NCBI GenBank assembly: GCA_027078545.1 | Contig: JALWXN010000004.1 | Coordinates: 892,133 to 956,132 of the forward strand | DNA length: 64,000 bases | Reading direction: 5' to 3' | Source of the DNA: Nitrososphaeria archaeon | GTDB taxonomy: Archaea; Thermoproteota; Nitrososphaeria; Geothermarchaeales; JDFR-13 | Shown: positions 9,314 through 19,998 of the stretch, piece by piece | Layout: each line of letters starts with the position of its first letter | How positions within the stretch are numbered: position 1 is the stretch's first letter | Position numbers and translations under genes: made by a program | The notes under the pieces: model-generated | Told to the model about the DNA's origin: nothing | Seen by the model: only the letters and a program-made list of their open reading frames with translations | Database searches by the model: none

Positions 9314-10456
9314 TTAAGCCTCGGCCACGGCTATCCTGGTTATCAGCTTCCCATGGAGGACCTGTAGATTCTCGAGAACCCTATATCCCGACGCCTCCAA
9401 CGCATCCCTTAGGAGGCGGTACTCACTTGTTATGGCGACTATCCTCCTGATACCGAGGCTCGAGAGCTCGTCAACCACATCTCTATATAGATCCTCCAGG
9501 ACCTTGCGCCGAGTCATCCTGATCCCATAGGGAGGGTTGAAGACGGCCACGCCACTCTCGAGGCTGGGTAGGTGGCTAGTCAGGTCACGGGCATCTACAC
9601 ACATGAACCTTATAGCCCTATCCACACCCGCCGACTCGGCGTTTCTCTCGGCGCCCGACATGTATCTGCAGGAGATATCGTTGTAGATTATCTCTGGCCC
9701 CTCCCCCGGTGGGAGCCTAGCGTTATAAGCCTCCTCACGGGCCTCTAGATATGTCTCCAATGGGTAGTATGGGATCTTAGTTATCATGTGGTTAGGCCTA
9801 TAGAGGCCCGGTGCATACCTATATCTATACAGTGCCGCCTCAATAGGAATGGTACCCCCACCGGCCATCGGGTCTATGAAGGGCTCATCCCAGAACCCGC
9901 TGAGCAGAACCATAGCAGCTGCCAGACTCGTCTTTATAGCGGCTGGGTGGTTCCACACCCTATACCCCCTTATGTGGAGGCTCTCACCCACCAGGTTAAC
10001 CCCAAATGTATACCTGTCATCAACGATCCTGAGGATATACTCCCTATCGGGGCTGGTCAGATCTACACTAACCTTATACCCAGCCCTCTCCAACGCCCTA
10101 TAGACAGCCGCCCCCACAACCCTATTGGCATCCAGGCTTGTGAAGCCGTGGCTCCCATACCTACTACTCCTGAGGGCGAAGGAGCCATCCCCACCGAAGA
10201 GCCTCAGGTCAAGAGACTCGACACGCCTAGCAATATCCTCCAGACTATTGAACACACCCTCGTCGAGTACATGTATCACCTTGTAGATAGTCCTACCCCA
10301 AAGGATCAGCCTAGGGACGGCCTCCACACCGAGCCTAACCCTAAGCGTATTCTCAGCCTGTATAGGCATAACACCAGTGATATCCCTAACCTCCTCAGCA
10401 GCCACCCTGGCTATCCCCTTCGTAATAGTGATTAGTATATCGGCATCGCCCGGCAA
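9314..10456 (-). CDS. THUMP-domain tRNA (guanine-N2)-methyltransferase (Trm14/Trm-G10 type)
   Basis: N-terminal THUMP-like region, SAM-binding DPMAGGGTIPIEAA, catalytic NPPYG motif; TTG start in track. Confidence 0.75.
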   Translation of the reverse strand: MPGDADILITITKGIARVAAEEVRDITGVMPIQAENTLRVRLGVEAVPRLILWGRTIYKVIHVLDEGVFNSLEDIARRVESLDLRLFGGDGSFALRSSRYGSHGFTSLDANRVVGAAVYRALERAGYKVSVDLTSPDREYILRIVDDRYTFGVNLVGESLHIRGYRVWNHPAAIKTSLAAAMVLLSGFWDEPFIDPMAGGGTIPIEAALYRYRYAPGLYRPNHMITKIPYYPLETYLEAREEAYNARLPPGEGPEIIYNDISCRYMSGAERNAESAGVDRAIRFMCVDARDLTSHLPSLESGVAVFNPPYGIRMTRRKVLEDLYRDVVDELSSLGIRRIVAITSEYRLLRDALEASGYRVLENLQVLHGKLITRIAVAEA

Positions 10457-10491
10457 TTTTATCCACCATATCCTCTAGTTAATATTCGGAA

Positions 10492-11328
10492 ATGGAGCTG
10501 GATAGGATTTATAGCGAGGCCAATCAAGATCCAGTAGGTAGTCTTGAATGGGTCCTTGAGAAGTGGATAGATAATTCTAGGGAGCTCCCAGGTCGTAGGG
10601 GTGGGGTGGTCTACCTCGAGGTTGATAGATGTCTAGTCATTGGCGATATACATGGGGACCTAGATACGCTCCATAGACTCCTCACAAAGACTTGGAGGGG
10701 CGAGCCACTACTCTTCCTGGGTGACTATATTGATAGGGGGTTCCAGCAGCTGGAGACCCTGAAGTATATAGCCCTCCTAATGGATGATGCAGATGTGATT
10801 ACCCTTAGGGGTAACCATGAGCCGCCTAGATGGCTACCGGTATATCCCCATGACTTCCCCCATATCCTCAGGACGCAGGGGGTGCACCACCTATACGATC
10901 TTGCCCAGGAGATGTTCGACAGCCTACCTATAGCAGCTGTGCTTAACGGTGAGGCCCTAGCTATACATGGTGGGATACCGGTCAGCATATCGAGGGTGGA
11001 GGAGCTTGAGAGGCCTAGGAGGGAGGTCTTGGCAGAAGCATTGTGGAACGACCCCTTCGAGGGCGTTGGTATAAAGCCTAGCCCAAGGGGTGTGGGCCAC
11101 CTCTATGGGATCGACGTGACGAGGAGGTTCCTAGGTAATAACGGGCTTAGATACCACCTCAGGGGGCATGAGGCGGTTGACGGCTATAAGGTCTTCCATG
11201 AGGGGATGGGGATAACCCTATTCTCACGGCTAGGCATACCATACGGAAACTCTAGGGCCGCGATATACATCTACGAGCCTGGCGGTAACCATCTCGACCC
11301 GGCAAGATTCATATACGTATTTAGATGA
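10492..11328 (+). CDS. serine/threonine protein phosphatase, PPP family (calcineurin-like metallophosphoesterase)
   Basis: GDIHGD, GDYIDRG, RGNHE motifs. Confidence 0.8.
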   Translation: MELDRIYSEANQDPVGSLEWVLEKWIDNSRELPGRRGGVVYLEVDRCLVIGDIHGDLDTLHRLLTKTWRGEPLLFLGDYIDRGFQQLETLKYIALLMDDADVITLRGNHEPPRWLPVYPHDFPHILRTQGVHHLYDLAQEMFDSLPIAAVLNGEALAIHGGIPVSISRVEELERPRREVLAEALWNDPFEGVGIKPSPRGVGHLYGIDVTRRFLGNNGLRYHLRGHEAVDGYKVFHEGMGITLFSRLGIPYGNSRAAIYIYEPGGNHLDPARFIYVFR

Positions 11329-11877
11329 TCAGCACCGGGACAACTGTCTAGACGCCTCCTCCAGGAACATCCTATAGATATCATCGGTGTATAGGACGAA
11401 GATCACCTTCTTAACACTCCCAGGATCAGTGGAGAAGTCCTTCACAGCCCTTATCATCCCCCTTGCAGAGACCTCGGGCTCCACCCTATAGACCCCGGTA
11501 GATATGGCTGGGAAGGCTATAGACTCTAGTCCCTCAGACTTCGCTAGGAGAAGGCTATTCCTAACTGCACGATATATCTTACTCTCCTCGTCACCCTCCC
11601 CCTTGATCGGGCCAACCGTATGTATCACCCACTTGGCCTTTAGCCTACCAGCCGTGGTCTTGACCGCGTCACCCACCTCTAGGGGGCCACGCTCCCTGAT
11701 AATCCTGTCCGACTCCTCCTGTATAACATATCCACCCCTCCTCACTATGGCTCCAGCCACACCGCCGCCATGCTGGAGATACTTGTTAGCCGCGTTGACG
11801 ATAGCATCGGCCTCCACCTCTGTGATGTCCCCCTTGATGAATATGATCTCAAGCCCCCCACACCTGAACCTCTCCAT
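11329..11877 (-). CDS. macro domain protein (ADP-ribose binding / O-acetyl-ADP-ribose deacetylase-like)
   Basis: GDITEVEADAIVNAAN...GGGVAGAI and ISTGVY motifs; internal ATG 11877 preferred (TATA-like box at about 11909-11925). Confidence 0.8.
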   Translation of the reverse strand: MERFRCGGLEIIFIKGDITEVEADAIVNAANKYLQHGGGVAGAIVRRGGYVIQEESDRIIRERGPLEVGDAVKTTAGRLKAKWVIHTVGPIKGEGDEESKIYRAVRNSLLLAKSEGLESIAFPAISTGVYRVEPEVSARGMIRAVKDFSTDPGSVKKVIFVLYTDDIYRMFLEEASRQLSRC

Positions 11878-11950
11878 AGCCAGCACCCCGCGACAGTAAT
11901 ACCATCCCCTTAAATCCGTTAAAACGGGATTCAATGGTGGTGCCTAGGAG

Positions 11951-13555
11951 ATGAAGGTATACGAGGCCATAGCCGATGCATTGGTCAGCCTAGGATATAG
12001 GAGGGCCTATACTATACCCGGGACACACATATATCATTTGAACCACGCCCTGGGAGACAGGATTCACCAGACGGTTTTCAGGCATGAGATGGGCGCCACC
12101 TTCGCGGCCGATGCATATGGAAGGGTCACAGGTACTCCAGGCCTAGCCATAGTGACGGCCGGCCCTGGCATACTAAACGGGTTATCAGGGCTTGGACAGG
12201 CATATGCAGAGGCATCACCACTCCTATACATAACCGGCGAGGTCGCCAGGGGCGAGAGGTACGGCTTCCACGGAGTTGATGACCCCCTAGCCGTCACCTA
12301 CTCATCCATACCAGTGGCTAAACGCGTATACCTCGTCGAGGATCCAGGCAGCATATGGAGCGTAATGGGTGAGGCTCACTACACAGCACTCACAGGTAGG
12401 AGGGGACCCGTACATGTATCTATCCCCTATGACGTACTGCAGAGCGAGGTTGGTGAGGGGAGGCTGGAGCAGAGGGAGACGGATGGTATAGCTAGATGTG
12501 TAGATGTTATCAATGAAGGACTTAGAGACGGTGTGAGGGGCGTCCTGGTAATCGGTATGGAGCTATACCCAGAGCTGGCGGATAGGCTACTAGACCTCTT
12601 TGAGACATGGCCCTACATAGCCACGGTAGGCCAGATAGGCATGGCTCGGCTTAGGAGGGATAGATATGCAGGCCATATAGAGAAGAAGTTCCAGATCCAC
12701 CCAGTAGCCAAGGAGATCCTTAGGGAAGCTGAATATATACTCGCAGTCGGGATACCGCCAGACTCACCAGAGGCGGAGCATATCTCAATGCTAAGCAAGG
12801 ATGCCAGGATAGACTTCCTAAGGCCTAGCGAGGCCGGGTGCAGCGTGGAGAGGATAGGTAAGGGCTACCATGTAGAGGCACCCCTCAGCGAGGCGATTGA
12901 CCTCCTAAGCCCCGGAGAAAGCGGCCTAGACCATGACGTGGAGAAGATGATGAGAGAGCGTCTTGAATGGGCTAGAGAGACTGTCTACTCCGAGAAGGGG
13001 CCAAGGATACACCAGGGAGTGGCTGCACACATGATATCCCAGCTAGAGATAGATGGCTACACAGTCACCTGTGACACTGGCGGGAATGAGCAATGGATAA
13101 GGGAGTTCATACCACCCACCCGCGACGTCAGATATCTATACTCAGGGGGCTTCGGATCAATAGGGTATAGCCTACCAGCATCCATAGGAGCCTACGACGC
13201 TGAGCGGGAGGTACTAGCCGTCACTGGGGACGGGAGCCTGATGATGAGTCTGGGCGAGCTCAAGACTATAGTGGAGCATGGATATAGGGTGAAGATAGCG
13301 GTATTCAACGACTCTACCTATGGAATACTAGAGATGCTGAGTAGGAGCGATATAGGTGAGGAGATCGAGGGAGGGATAGGGAGCGTCGACTTTGCAAAGG
13401 TTGCGGAGGCACTGGGTATGGAGTCCATGGCTGTAGAGACATATGAAGATCTTGAGGAGGGGCTTGAAGAGCTCATGGATAGTACCGGGCCATTCCTCCT
13501 AGACATCAGGTGTAGCCCGGAGGAGGTCCCTACACTACTGAGGAAGAGTGATTAA
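11951..13555 (+). CDS. thiamine pyrophosphate-dependent enzyme (acetolactate synthase large subunit-like)
   Basis: 534 aa; N-terminal TPP Pyr domain (GPGILNGLSGLGQAYAEASPLLYITG) and C-terminal TPP-binding GDGS motif (VTGDGSLMMSLGEL). Confidence 0.7.
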   Translation: MKVYEAIADALVSLGYRRAYTIPGTHIYHLNHALGDRIHQTVFRHEMGATFAADAYGRVTGTPGLAIVTAGPGILNGLSGLGQAYAEASPLLYITGEVARGERYGFHGVDDPLAVTYSSIPVAKRVYLVEDPGSIWSVMGEAHYTALTGRRGPVHVSIPYDVLQSEVGEGRLEQRETDGIARCVDVINEGLRDGVRGVLVIGMELYPELADRLLDLFETWPYIATVGQIGMARLRRDRYAGHIEKKFQIHPVAKEILREAEYILAVGIPPDSPEAEHISMLSKDARIDFLRPSEAGCSVERIGKGYHVEAPLSEAIDLLSPGESGLDHDVEKMMRERLEWARETVYSEKGPRIHQGVAAHMISQLEIDGYTVTCDTGGNEQWIREFIPPTRDVRYLYSGGFGSIGYSLPASIGAYDAEREVLAVTGDGSLMMSLGELKTIVEHGYRVKIAVFNDSTYGILEMLSRSDIGEEIEGGIGSVDFAKVAEALGMESMAVETYEDLEEGLEELMDSTGPFLLDIRCSPEEVPTLLRKSD

Positions 13556-13560
13556 AAAGG
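13553..13560 (-). terminator. oligo-T tract downstream of the protease operon (candidate archaeal terminator)
   Basis: Minus-strand T5 run (plus-strand A5 at 13554-13558) about 17-21 nt after the stop of the 1413-aa gene; convergent with the TPP-enzyme stop. Confidence 0.25.
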
Positions 13561-13574
13561 GGGAGGGGTTTGGA

Positions 13575-16500
13575 CTAGTCCTCAAGCCTAGTCCCACAGC
13601 TCATGCAGAACTTGGCAGTAGGCCTATTCACATGTCCACAGCTGGGGCAGACCTTGCCAGCCCTCTCCACCCTTGTAGGCCTCGTGGGCCTCGGGATCTG
13701 TGGCTTTGGTAGGCCTCCCATGCCACGTCTATAGAGGAGGAAGCCCGTTATACCGAGCCCTATGATAATCACTATGGTGATACCCAGCGAGGCGGGTGTG
13801 AACATTACCCCTATCTCTAGGCTGGTGGCTCCCCTCCCGAGTGAGGCTGTACTCGTCGTCACGAAACCGGTCTCTAGGACTAGATCCCTATCTGGTAGTA
13901 GGAGTGTGAACCTCCCTGAGCCGTCGGTCTGAGTGGTGGCCACCACCTCGCCTGTAGACGGGTTCACCGCCCTTACCTCTGCAGAGCCTAGTGGTAGGCC
14001 AAGGAAGTCCCTGACAGTCCCAGTCACCCTCTTCACCTCTGTGGATATAGTGACAGTGGAGTCGGAGGCTAGGCCGACCTCCTGGGTACCCACGGTGTAG
14101 CCTAGGTATCCGATCTCCACCCTATAGCTTCCTGCGGGCAGATTGTTCAGAACCGCCTCTCCACCAGCCTCTCCAGCTATTACGCTCCCATTGGGGTGGT
14201 ATACCTTGTAGCTGAAACGCTCGAGAGCCTCCCCATCCATCGTCTCGGGCCTGATGACCAGGTCGTAGATAGCCAGCTGGATAGTCTTCTCACCGGGGGA
14301 CGACTCGGCGGAGTATGTTGTTGGGAGTAGTACTCCCTGGTAGACGATGTTTGTTATCGAGATCGTCCCCTTGGGCAGGAGGAGCTGTGGATTATCCACT
14401 GGGAACTCCCTACCCTGTATCGAGAGGGTGAAGGAGACCTTCCCGAAGGGTATCTCCTCCCCATCTGCATCGACGAATCTTAGGCTGACGCTGTATACAG
14501 CCGCCTTGATTGAGAAGGACTGGTCCCCACCCGTGAACTGGATCGTCCTCTCACTTGGGAGGACGTCGAAGCCCCTCCAGCTTAGGCTCTCTATGGTATA
14601 TGTACCTATGACCGCGTACTCAAGGACGAGGCTACCCGTGACCGTATACCTCTTACCACCCGGACCGATCAGAACAGCCTCCACATCGTCCAGGACTATT
14701 GATCCTGAGGAGTCGGATACGCTTATGCCAAGCCTACCCACTGGGAGCTCAACCTGTACATCCCTGTTACCATCTAGCTGTACATCGATGCCTAGGCCAT
14801 ACTCCACACCATCGATATAGACGGCCTCTACACGCCAGAGCCCCTTCACAGCCTGTTCAACAGTCAGTCCACCGGTGAAGGTTATGGTGGATCCGTTGGG
14901 GTGTCTAAGCACGAGCCTGAAGTCTAGGCCAGAGCTGGATAGATCCCTTCCGAGGGTGTCCCTGGCGTCTAGCCTAAGCCTATAGACAGCGAGGCCCACC
15001 TGCATAGAGACGTCTCCATCGACCTGTATCGAGACGGGGCTGGGCAGTACGTTTACACCCTCCATGTAGACACCGATAAGTCTATGTGTACCCCTGGGCA
15101 TCTGGTAGGCGGCTCCCCTAGCCTCGAGGCTTATGATCCTACCAGCCACGTCCAGCTCTATCCGGAGAGCCCTGTCTATAGCCCCTCCATTGGCGTCTCT
15201 AAATGCCAGGCTGAGGTGGTAGACCTCGAGGTTAACAACAACCTCACCAGGACCATCGACGTTGAAGCTGTTCTCACTGGGCGTCACGTCCACACCTAGG
15301 TAGACCACCCTCTCAATGGTTATCGTGCCAGGCACGAGGGCGACTCCGTCAGGCGAGTATACCAGGCTGCCAAGCCGGTCATGCCTGATACTAACCTCCT
15401 CAGGCGGAGTGGTAAGGGGCTCGCCATCCCTATCCCTGAATACGAGGTTTATCCTGAATACACTGGTCTCAACAGTCCTGACCCCGCTGCTCGTCTCCCT
15501 GAAACTGGTGTTCGCCACCTCGACACCCGACCATATAACCCTTATCCTATAGTCCCCCCAGGGCGCACGGTCAACCGTTATTCTACCAGCCTCGTCGGTC
15601 CTGAAAGTCCTTACCGTGCCGTTTGGATATGTGACCTCCACATCTACATTGGGGAGTGGCTGCCCAGTCTGATCCACAACGGTGTAGCTGAGGCTTAGGA
15701 GGTAGTCCTCCACGTTGAAGGTCACGTTACCCATATTCTTGTATGCGTCGAGGGCGTTGGAGAGGGCGTTCTCATAGTTGCCAGCCCCGGACTTTATGAT
15801 GTTTATCGCGGTGGATAGGCTCTGGTTATACTGGCCAACCTGGCTCCATACATCGTCTGGTATAATGGTGAAGCCGTACCGCTTGAAAGGCTCAAGAGCC
15901 GTGTCGAGCTTACCATATGCCTTGTCGATATAGTAGAGTGCATAGAGCATACTCGCCTGCTCGATCTGGAAGACATCGTTCCTACCCCAGCTATGGAGGT
16001 AGGTCATGTATCCCCAGGTCATGCTCCAGAGCCAGAAGACATCAAGAGCCCGGCTAGGGTTACGTGTAGCCATCAACTCCCTCCAATTAATCCCGTTGTG
16101 GGGATGGTTTAGGGAGAAGATATGTCCTGCCTCGTGTACAAGTAGGGTGGTAAGCCCTAGCCATGGCGGTACCTTACTAAGTATTGTTATGTTAACGTAG
16201 GTGTCAAACCACTCGTTGTTCTGGACGAGGACTACATATGTATCCCCGATGCCACGGGGCTGGACACGGGCGTTTACCACCCCATTAAAGGTCTGCCGAT
16301 ATATGGGTGTGGGGCTACCACCGTCTAGGAACTCCCTATACCCTGCACCATCTAGAACTATTATATCCACCTCTCCGAATGTGAAGCCCTGTATAACTAT
16401 CTCCCCACCAGTGACCTTGGGGAATATTGGCACAGGTTGAGCCGCTATCTGGAAGGCGGGTAGATAGCCTATCAACGGTTCGGAGGGGATATACCCGCCG

Positions 16501-17816
16501 ATAAGTGCAGGTGTCTGTAGGACGGCTATGATATGGGATGGGATGGTGTTCTCATCGGTAAGGGCGATCCCGCCTGCATACGCTATCCTCACATCGAGGA
16601 AGATGAACATGGGGACTTCATAGACTGGGTCGGGATCCCTAAACCTATCGATATTCTCCATGATCCAGTTATGGACGACTTCCAGTGGCGCTCCCTGGCC
16701 AAAATACATATTGTAGAGAATCTCATCCCTCAGGTCGGGGAAGTCGTCAAGGGTATACAGACCCTTATCCTCATAGGTTATGTTCAACGCTCCGCCGAAG
16801 AGGTTCCTTAGCTCTGATAGGAAGACCTCAGGTGTGAAGTAGTTCCTAGGGTCTAACTGGGTGCCGTTGACTATGTAGTAAGCCTCGAAGGATATGTTGA
16901 GGGCGGGTATAGGTGGGTAGACAGCGGTGTGTACAAACTTGAAGATTACTGCAGAATCGATAACCCTAGCGAGCTGCTGGTTCAAAAGCTGCTTATCACC
17001 GGGTAGACTCAGGAACCTCATCGGCCTTATCTCGACCGATACGTTGTTGAAGGAGGTGGGGCCGGCGCTCAGGTCGAAGAAGATCAGCCTCGTCGAGCCT
17101 CCACCAGCCACCGATTGCATAGAGTCCTTCCTTAGGTAGACGTTCCACCCCTGGTCAGGGTCTGGGAGCGTTATGTTGTAGAAGTATAGGTATGAGATGT
17201 CGGGATACGTGTTTATGATAACCAGTGTATACTTCCCCTCGGTCTCGGGGAACTCCTGCCTAACCCTGTTTACGAGCCACTCCTCGAACTCCATGGCGTT
17301 GATGTAGGCGGCGTCCCTCTCACCAGTCTCGAGCTGGGCTCTGAATGGAGCTTCTCCCCAGACTCGATTATTATTGATGTAGCTGACTATATCGCTCTTC
17401 AACTGGCTAGATGCATATAGGAACCGGTAGTTCAGGGTGAAATTGATATAGATATATGCCTCACCCTTCTCCAGGATCCTCTGTAGATCAGCCCTTGCAT
17501 ACCACTTGTGTACATTCGAGAGTATATACTCCTCATCGACAAGATCTTGGCCAAGGCCTACGAAGACCACATAGATATCCAGCGGCACCCCATTAAACAG
17601 ATCCCGTAGGGTGCCCGAGACCCACTCCAGCTTCCTAAGACTAGTCGCCATCTCATCGCCCTGGGCAACCAGGTCTAGGAAGCTGTTGGCAGTATACTCA
17701 GACCCTGCACCACCAACATATCCAGATAAGTCTATAGATGGTGGTATCGGTACGGCAAGGAAGACTAGAAGGGTAAAAAGTAGTGGGAGTGGGGATCTCC
17801 TCGGCCCAACACCCAA
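13575..17816 (-). CDS. giant surface protein: signal peptide, metzincin-like zinc-protease motif, multiple beta-sandwich repeats, C-terminal TM helix and cytoplasmic zinc ribbon
   Basis: 1413 aa. N-terminal signal peptide RRSPLPLLFTLLVFLAVPIP; HEAGHIFSLNH (HExxHxxxxxH, codons at about 16104-16136); repeated carboxypeptidase-regulatory-like segments (e.g. VTGTVRDFLGLPLGSAEVRAVNPSTGEVVATTQTDGSGRFTL); C-terminal TM GITIVIIIGLGITGFLLY then CPSCGHVNRPTAKFCMSCGTRL. TTG start 6 nt after the upstream gene stop. Confidence 0.7.
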   Translation of the reverse strand: MGVGPRRSPLPLLFTLLVFLAVPIPPSIDLSGYVGGAGSEYTANSFLDLVAQGDEMATSLRKLEWVSGTLRDLFNGVPLDIYVVFVGLGQDLVDEEYILSNVHKWYARADLQRILEKGEAYIYINFTLNYRFLYASSQLKSDIVSYINNNRVWGEAPFRAQLETGERDAAYINAMEFEEWLVNRVRQEFPETEGKYTLVIINTYPDISYLYFYNITLPDPDQGWNVYLRKDSMQSVAGGGSTRLIFFDLSAGPTSFNNVSVEIRPMRFLSLPGDKQLLNQQLARVIDSAVIFKFVHTAVYPPIPALNISFEAYYIVNGTQLDPRNYFTPEVFLSELRNLFGGALNITYEDKGLYTLDDFPDLRDEILYNMYFGQGAPLEVVHNWIMENIDRFRDPDPVYEVPMFIFLDVRIAYAGGIALTDENTIPSHIIAVLQTPALIGGYIPSEPLIGYLPAFQIAAQPVPIFPKVTGGEIVIQGFTFGEVDIIVLDGAGYREFLDGGSPTPIYRQTFNGVVNARVQPRGIGDTYVVLVQNNEWFDTYVNITILSKVPPWLGLTTLLVHEAGHIFSLNHPHNGINWRELMATRNPSRALDVFWLWSMTWGYMTYLHSWGRNDVFQIEQASMLYALYYIDKAYGKLDTALEPFKRYGFTIIPDDVWSQVGQYNQSLSTAINIIKSGAGNYENALSNALDAYKNMGNVTFNVEDYLLSLSYTVVDQTGQPLPNVDVEVTYPNGTVRTFRTDEAGRITVDRAPWGDYRIRVIWSGVEVANTSFRETSSGVRTVETSVFRINLVFRDRDGEPLTTPPEEVSIRHDRLGSLVYSPDGVALVPGTITIERVVYLGVDVTPSENSFNVDGPGEVVVNLEVYHLSLAFRDANGGAIDRALRIELDVAGRIISLEARGAAYQMPRGTHRLIGVYMEGVNVLPSPVSIQVDGDVSMQVGLAVYRLRLDARDTLGRDLSSSGLDFRLVLRHPNGSTITFTGGLTVEQAVKGLWRVEAVYIDGVEYGLGIDVQLDGNRDVQVELPVGRLGISVSDSSGSIVLDDVEAVLIGPGGKRYTVTGSLVLEYAVIGTYTIESLSWRGFDVLPSERTIQFTGGDQSFSIKAAVYSVSLRFVDADGEEIPFGKVSFTLSIQGREFPVDNPQLLLPKGTISITNIVYQGVLLPTTYSAESSPGEKTIQLAIYDLVIRPETMDGEALERFSYKVYHPNGSVIAGEAGGEAVLNNLPAGSYRVEIGYLGYTVGTQEVGLASDSTVTISTEVKRVTGTVRDFLGLPLGSAEVRAVNPSTGEVVATTQTDGSGRFTLLLPDRDLVLETGFVTTSTASLGRGATSLEIGVMFTPASLGITIVIIIGLGITGFLLYRRGMGGLPKPQIPRPTRPTRVERAGKVCPSCGHVNRPTAKFCMSCGTRLED

Positions 17817-17822
17817 TCCGGG

Positions 17823-19520
17823 TCACCCCTCAAGCTTGGTTCCACACTTGACGCAGAACTTGGCGCCAGGCTTATTTGGATGCCCACAGCTCGGGCAGTA
17901 TAACGCACCCTCCACCGGCTCAGGCGGAGCCTTCCTAGGTACCTTGACCCCTACTCCTCCCCTCTTGAGGAATATGTAGGCGCCGACGCCTATTAGAGCC
18001 AGTACTGGTAGGGCGATCATCCATAGTGGTATGCCTGGTGAAGCCACCTTTACCGTGAGGGTGCTCGACGCAGGGTTGAAGTCATCGTCCCCAACAAAGC
18101 TGGCTGTGACCACGAGGTCTCCACCAGTAGATGGGGTGTATGTAAGGCTGAAGGTGTTGTCCTCACCGACCCTCACGGTACGTGTCTCGGTGTTGCCCCC
18201 AAGCTGTATGGTTATATCCACCAATACGTCTTTGAAGGAGACGTCTACGCCTAGTGGGTTGGGCCCATCATAGCTCAGCGACCCAGTTATAGTCACTGTC
18301 TCACCAGCATTCACCTCGGTGGCATTTGCCTGCAGCGATAGCGTGACGTCGCTCTTAGCACCCTCGGCCAGCTTCGACTGGGCCTTCTGGATCATGTACG
18401 ACGCGTACCAGTTGAAGGGGTAGAGGTTCCTAACATCCTCGAAGACCTTCTTGGCCCTTGAGTAGAGCCCTGCATAGAAGTATCCAACACCCTCCTCCCA
18501 CATCTGGTCGACAGGCCCACGTGTATTGTAGCTCACACCCTGCTCAGCCAGATATTGTTTAAGCACGTCACCCGGTATGAAGAAGTTGAACCCCGCTACA
18601 GGCTCTAGATTCTCATCTACAGAGGCCATATTGGCTACACCTATGACTTCACCCCTCTCGTTAACCACTGGCCCACCACTATTGCCTTTACTAATGTCCA
18701 CATTCGTCTGTATAGCCCTTACATCCGTGATCGTCCTCCTCTCACCACTGATGATACCGTTTGTATATGAGGGGAAGAGCAGAGTGTCCTCACTCAGCAT
18801 AGTGTGGAAGTTGACCACACCTGGATAGCCGAACGCGTATATCGTCTGGCCAGGCTGATACTCATCTACCTCGCTAATCTTGAGTGAAGGGGTATTCGCC
18901 ACATCAATCTTGAGTACGGCGAGGTCCCTACCCACTAGGAACGGATCGGGAGTACCTACGACCCTAGCGATTATACCATCCTCCCTAATCTTTCCTCCGC
19001 TTGACTCGCCGACCAGGACATAGACTATCCGGATGGCGTTCCTCACCTCACCATAGGTAAGGACATGGTTTATAATGAACTCTATGTCCTCCTGGGTAAT
19101 ATTATAGCCGCTCTCTATAAGGTTGTTGATGATGTCGATAGCTGCACTCCTAACTAGCTCCGTCTTCACGAAAATATCCTCGAGATAGTCCGAATGGGTC
19201 ATGGCGAAGACTACATGCCCATTGGTCACTATGTAGCCATCGTTATTAACGAAGAATCCGCTCCCAATACCCCCTATCATCGAGGTGACGGTGAAGAAGT
19301 CGGCTGTGGGGCGTCCATACCTATCCACATATGGAACCTTTATCTCGGCCTCTATAATCGTAACTATGAAAACGACTCCGGGCAGGACTAGGTCGTAGAT
19401 AGCCTCTGGACTGATAGCCTCCTGAGCCGCCACAGGCTCCACGACGGGCGTGTATGGATTAGCTGTCGGGCCGAGGAGTATTCCCAGCAGGATCAATACG
19501 ATTATCCCATTCCTAACCAT
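17823..19520 (-). CDS. membrane-anchored trypsin-like (S1/HtrA-like) serine protease with Ig-like domain, C-terminal TM helix and zinc ribbon
   Basis: Signal peptide MVRNGIIVLILLGILLG; catalytic triad context TNGHVV, DLAVLKI, GNSGGPVVN (Ser codons at about 18669-18686); C-terminal TM IPLWMIALPVLALIGVGAYIFL then CPSCGHPNKPGAKFCVKCGTKL. SD-like AGGTGA overlaps the upstream stop. Confidence 0.7.
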   Translation of the reverse strand: MVRNGIIVLILLGILLGPTANPYTPVVEPVAAQEAISPEAIYDLVLPGVVFIVTIIEAEIKVPYVDRYGRPTADFFTVTSMIGGIGSGFFVNNDGYIVTNGHVVFAMTHSDYLEDIFVKTELVRSAAIDIINNLIESGYNITQEDIEFIINHVLTYGEVRNAIRIVYVLVGESSGGKIREDGIIARVVGTPDPFLVGRDLAVLKIDVANTPSLKISEVDEYQPGQTIYAFGYPGVVNFHTMLSEDTLLFPSYTNGIISGERRTITDVRAIQTNVDISKGNSGGPVVNERGEVIGVANMASVDENLEPVAGFNFFIPGDVLKQYLAEQGVSYNTRGPVDQMWEEGVGYFYAGLYSRAKKVFEDVRNLYPFNWYASYMIQKAQSKLAEGAKSDVTLSLQANATEVNAGETVTITGSLSYDGPNPLGVDVSFKDVLVDITIQLGGNTETRTVRVGEDNTFSLTYTPSTGGDLVVTASFVGDDDFNPASSTLTVKVASPGIPLWMIALPVLALIGVGAYIFLKRGGVGVKVPRKAPPEPVEGALYCPSCGHPNKPGAKFCVKCGTKLEG

Positions 19521-19524
19521 CTAA

Positions 19525-19956
19525 TCACCTCTTGAAGATCTTCTTGACACCCCCTAGGAGACCCTCGTCCTCCACCAGCTTGGCGCCACAATTCTCACAG
19601 AACCTACTACCAGCCGCGTTTGGATGCCCACACTCGGGGCAGTAGATAATGTTACCGGTATGGCTATGCCTAGCCGGAGTCGTAGAGGTAGGCTCCGCCT
19701 GTTGTGTCTGCTGGGCCGGCGGCTGGCTCGAGACACCTCCAGACCCGCTTAGCCCACTGGTCTTCAGGAGAACCACGTCCCCAACGGCCTGGATATTGCT
19801 GAAGAAGACATAGTTCTGCTCCTCACCCTCGCCGATGACCATCACTAGGTTGCCCTTCAGGTCGAAGCCTATGTCACTGACCTTCCCGAGGATCTTCCCG
19901 TTGGCGTCGATTACGGTCTTACCGACTACATCCTCCCTTCGGAAGAAGGAAGTCAT
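19525..19956 (-). CDS. PRC-barrel domain protein with C-terminal zinc ribbon
   Basis: N-terminal PRC-barrel-like GKTVIDANGKILGKVSDIGFDLKGNLV, low-complexity linker, C-terminal CPECGHPNAAGSRFCENCGAKL. ATG 19956 preferred over TTG 19977. Confidence 0.65.
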   Translation of the reverse strand: MTSFFRREDVVGKTVIDANGKILGKVSDIGFDLKGNLVMVIGEGEEQNYVFFSNIQAVGDVVLLKTSGLSGSGGVSSQPPAQQTQQAEPTSTTPARHSHTGNIIYCPECGHPNAAGSRFCENCGAKLVEDEGLLGGVKKIFKR

Positions 19957-19984
19957 GCTATCACGAAATACAATCAATCCACAA

Positions 19985-19998
19985 ATTTATATAACTAG
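19985..19998 (-). promoter_or_regulatory. TATA-like box for the PRC-barrel / protease operon
   Basis: Minus-strand TTATATAAAT about 30-38 nt upstream of ATG 19956, in an AT-rich intergenic region. Confidence 0.3.

Noticed and set aside
14347-17139. Plus-strand ORFs inside the 1413-aa surface protein gene, and similar antisense ORFs across the window (e.g. 46306-46845 in prpB, 30667-31159 in lrp, 9788-10435 in the THUMP methyltransferase)
   Set aside because: Each is antisense to a gene with clear conserved motifs; no independent motif or promoter support.
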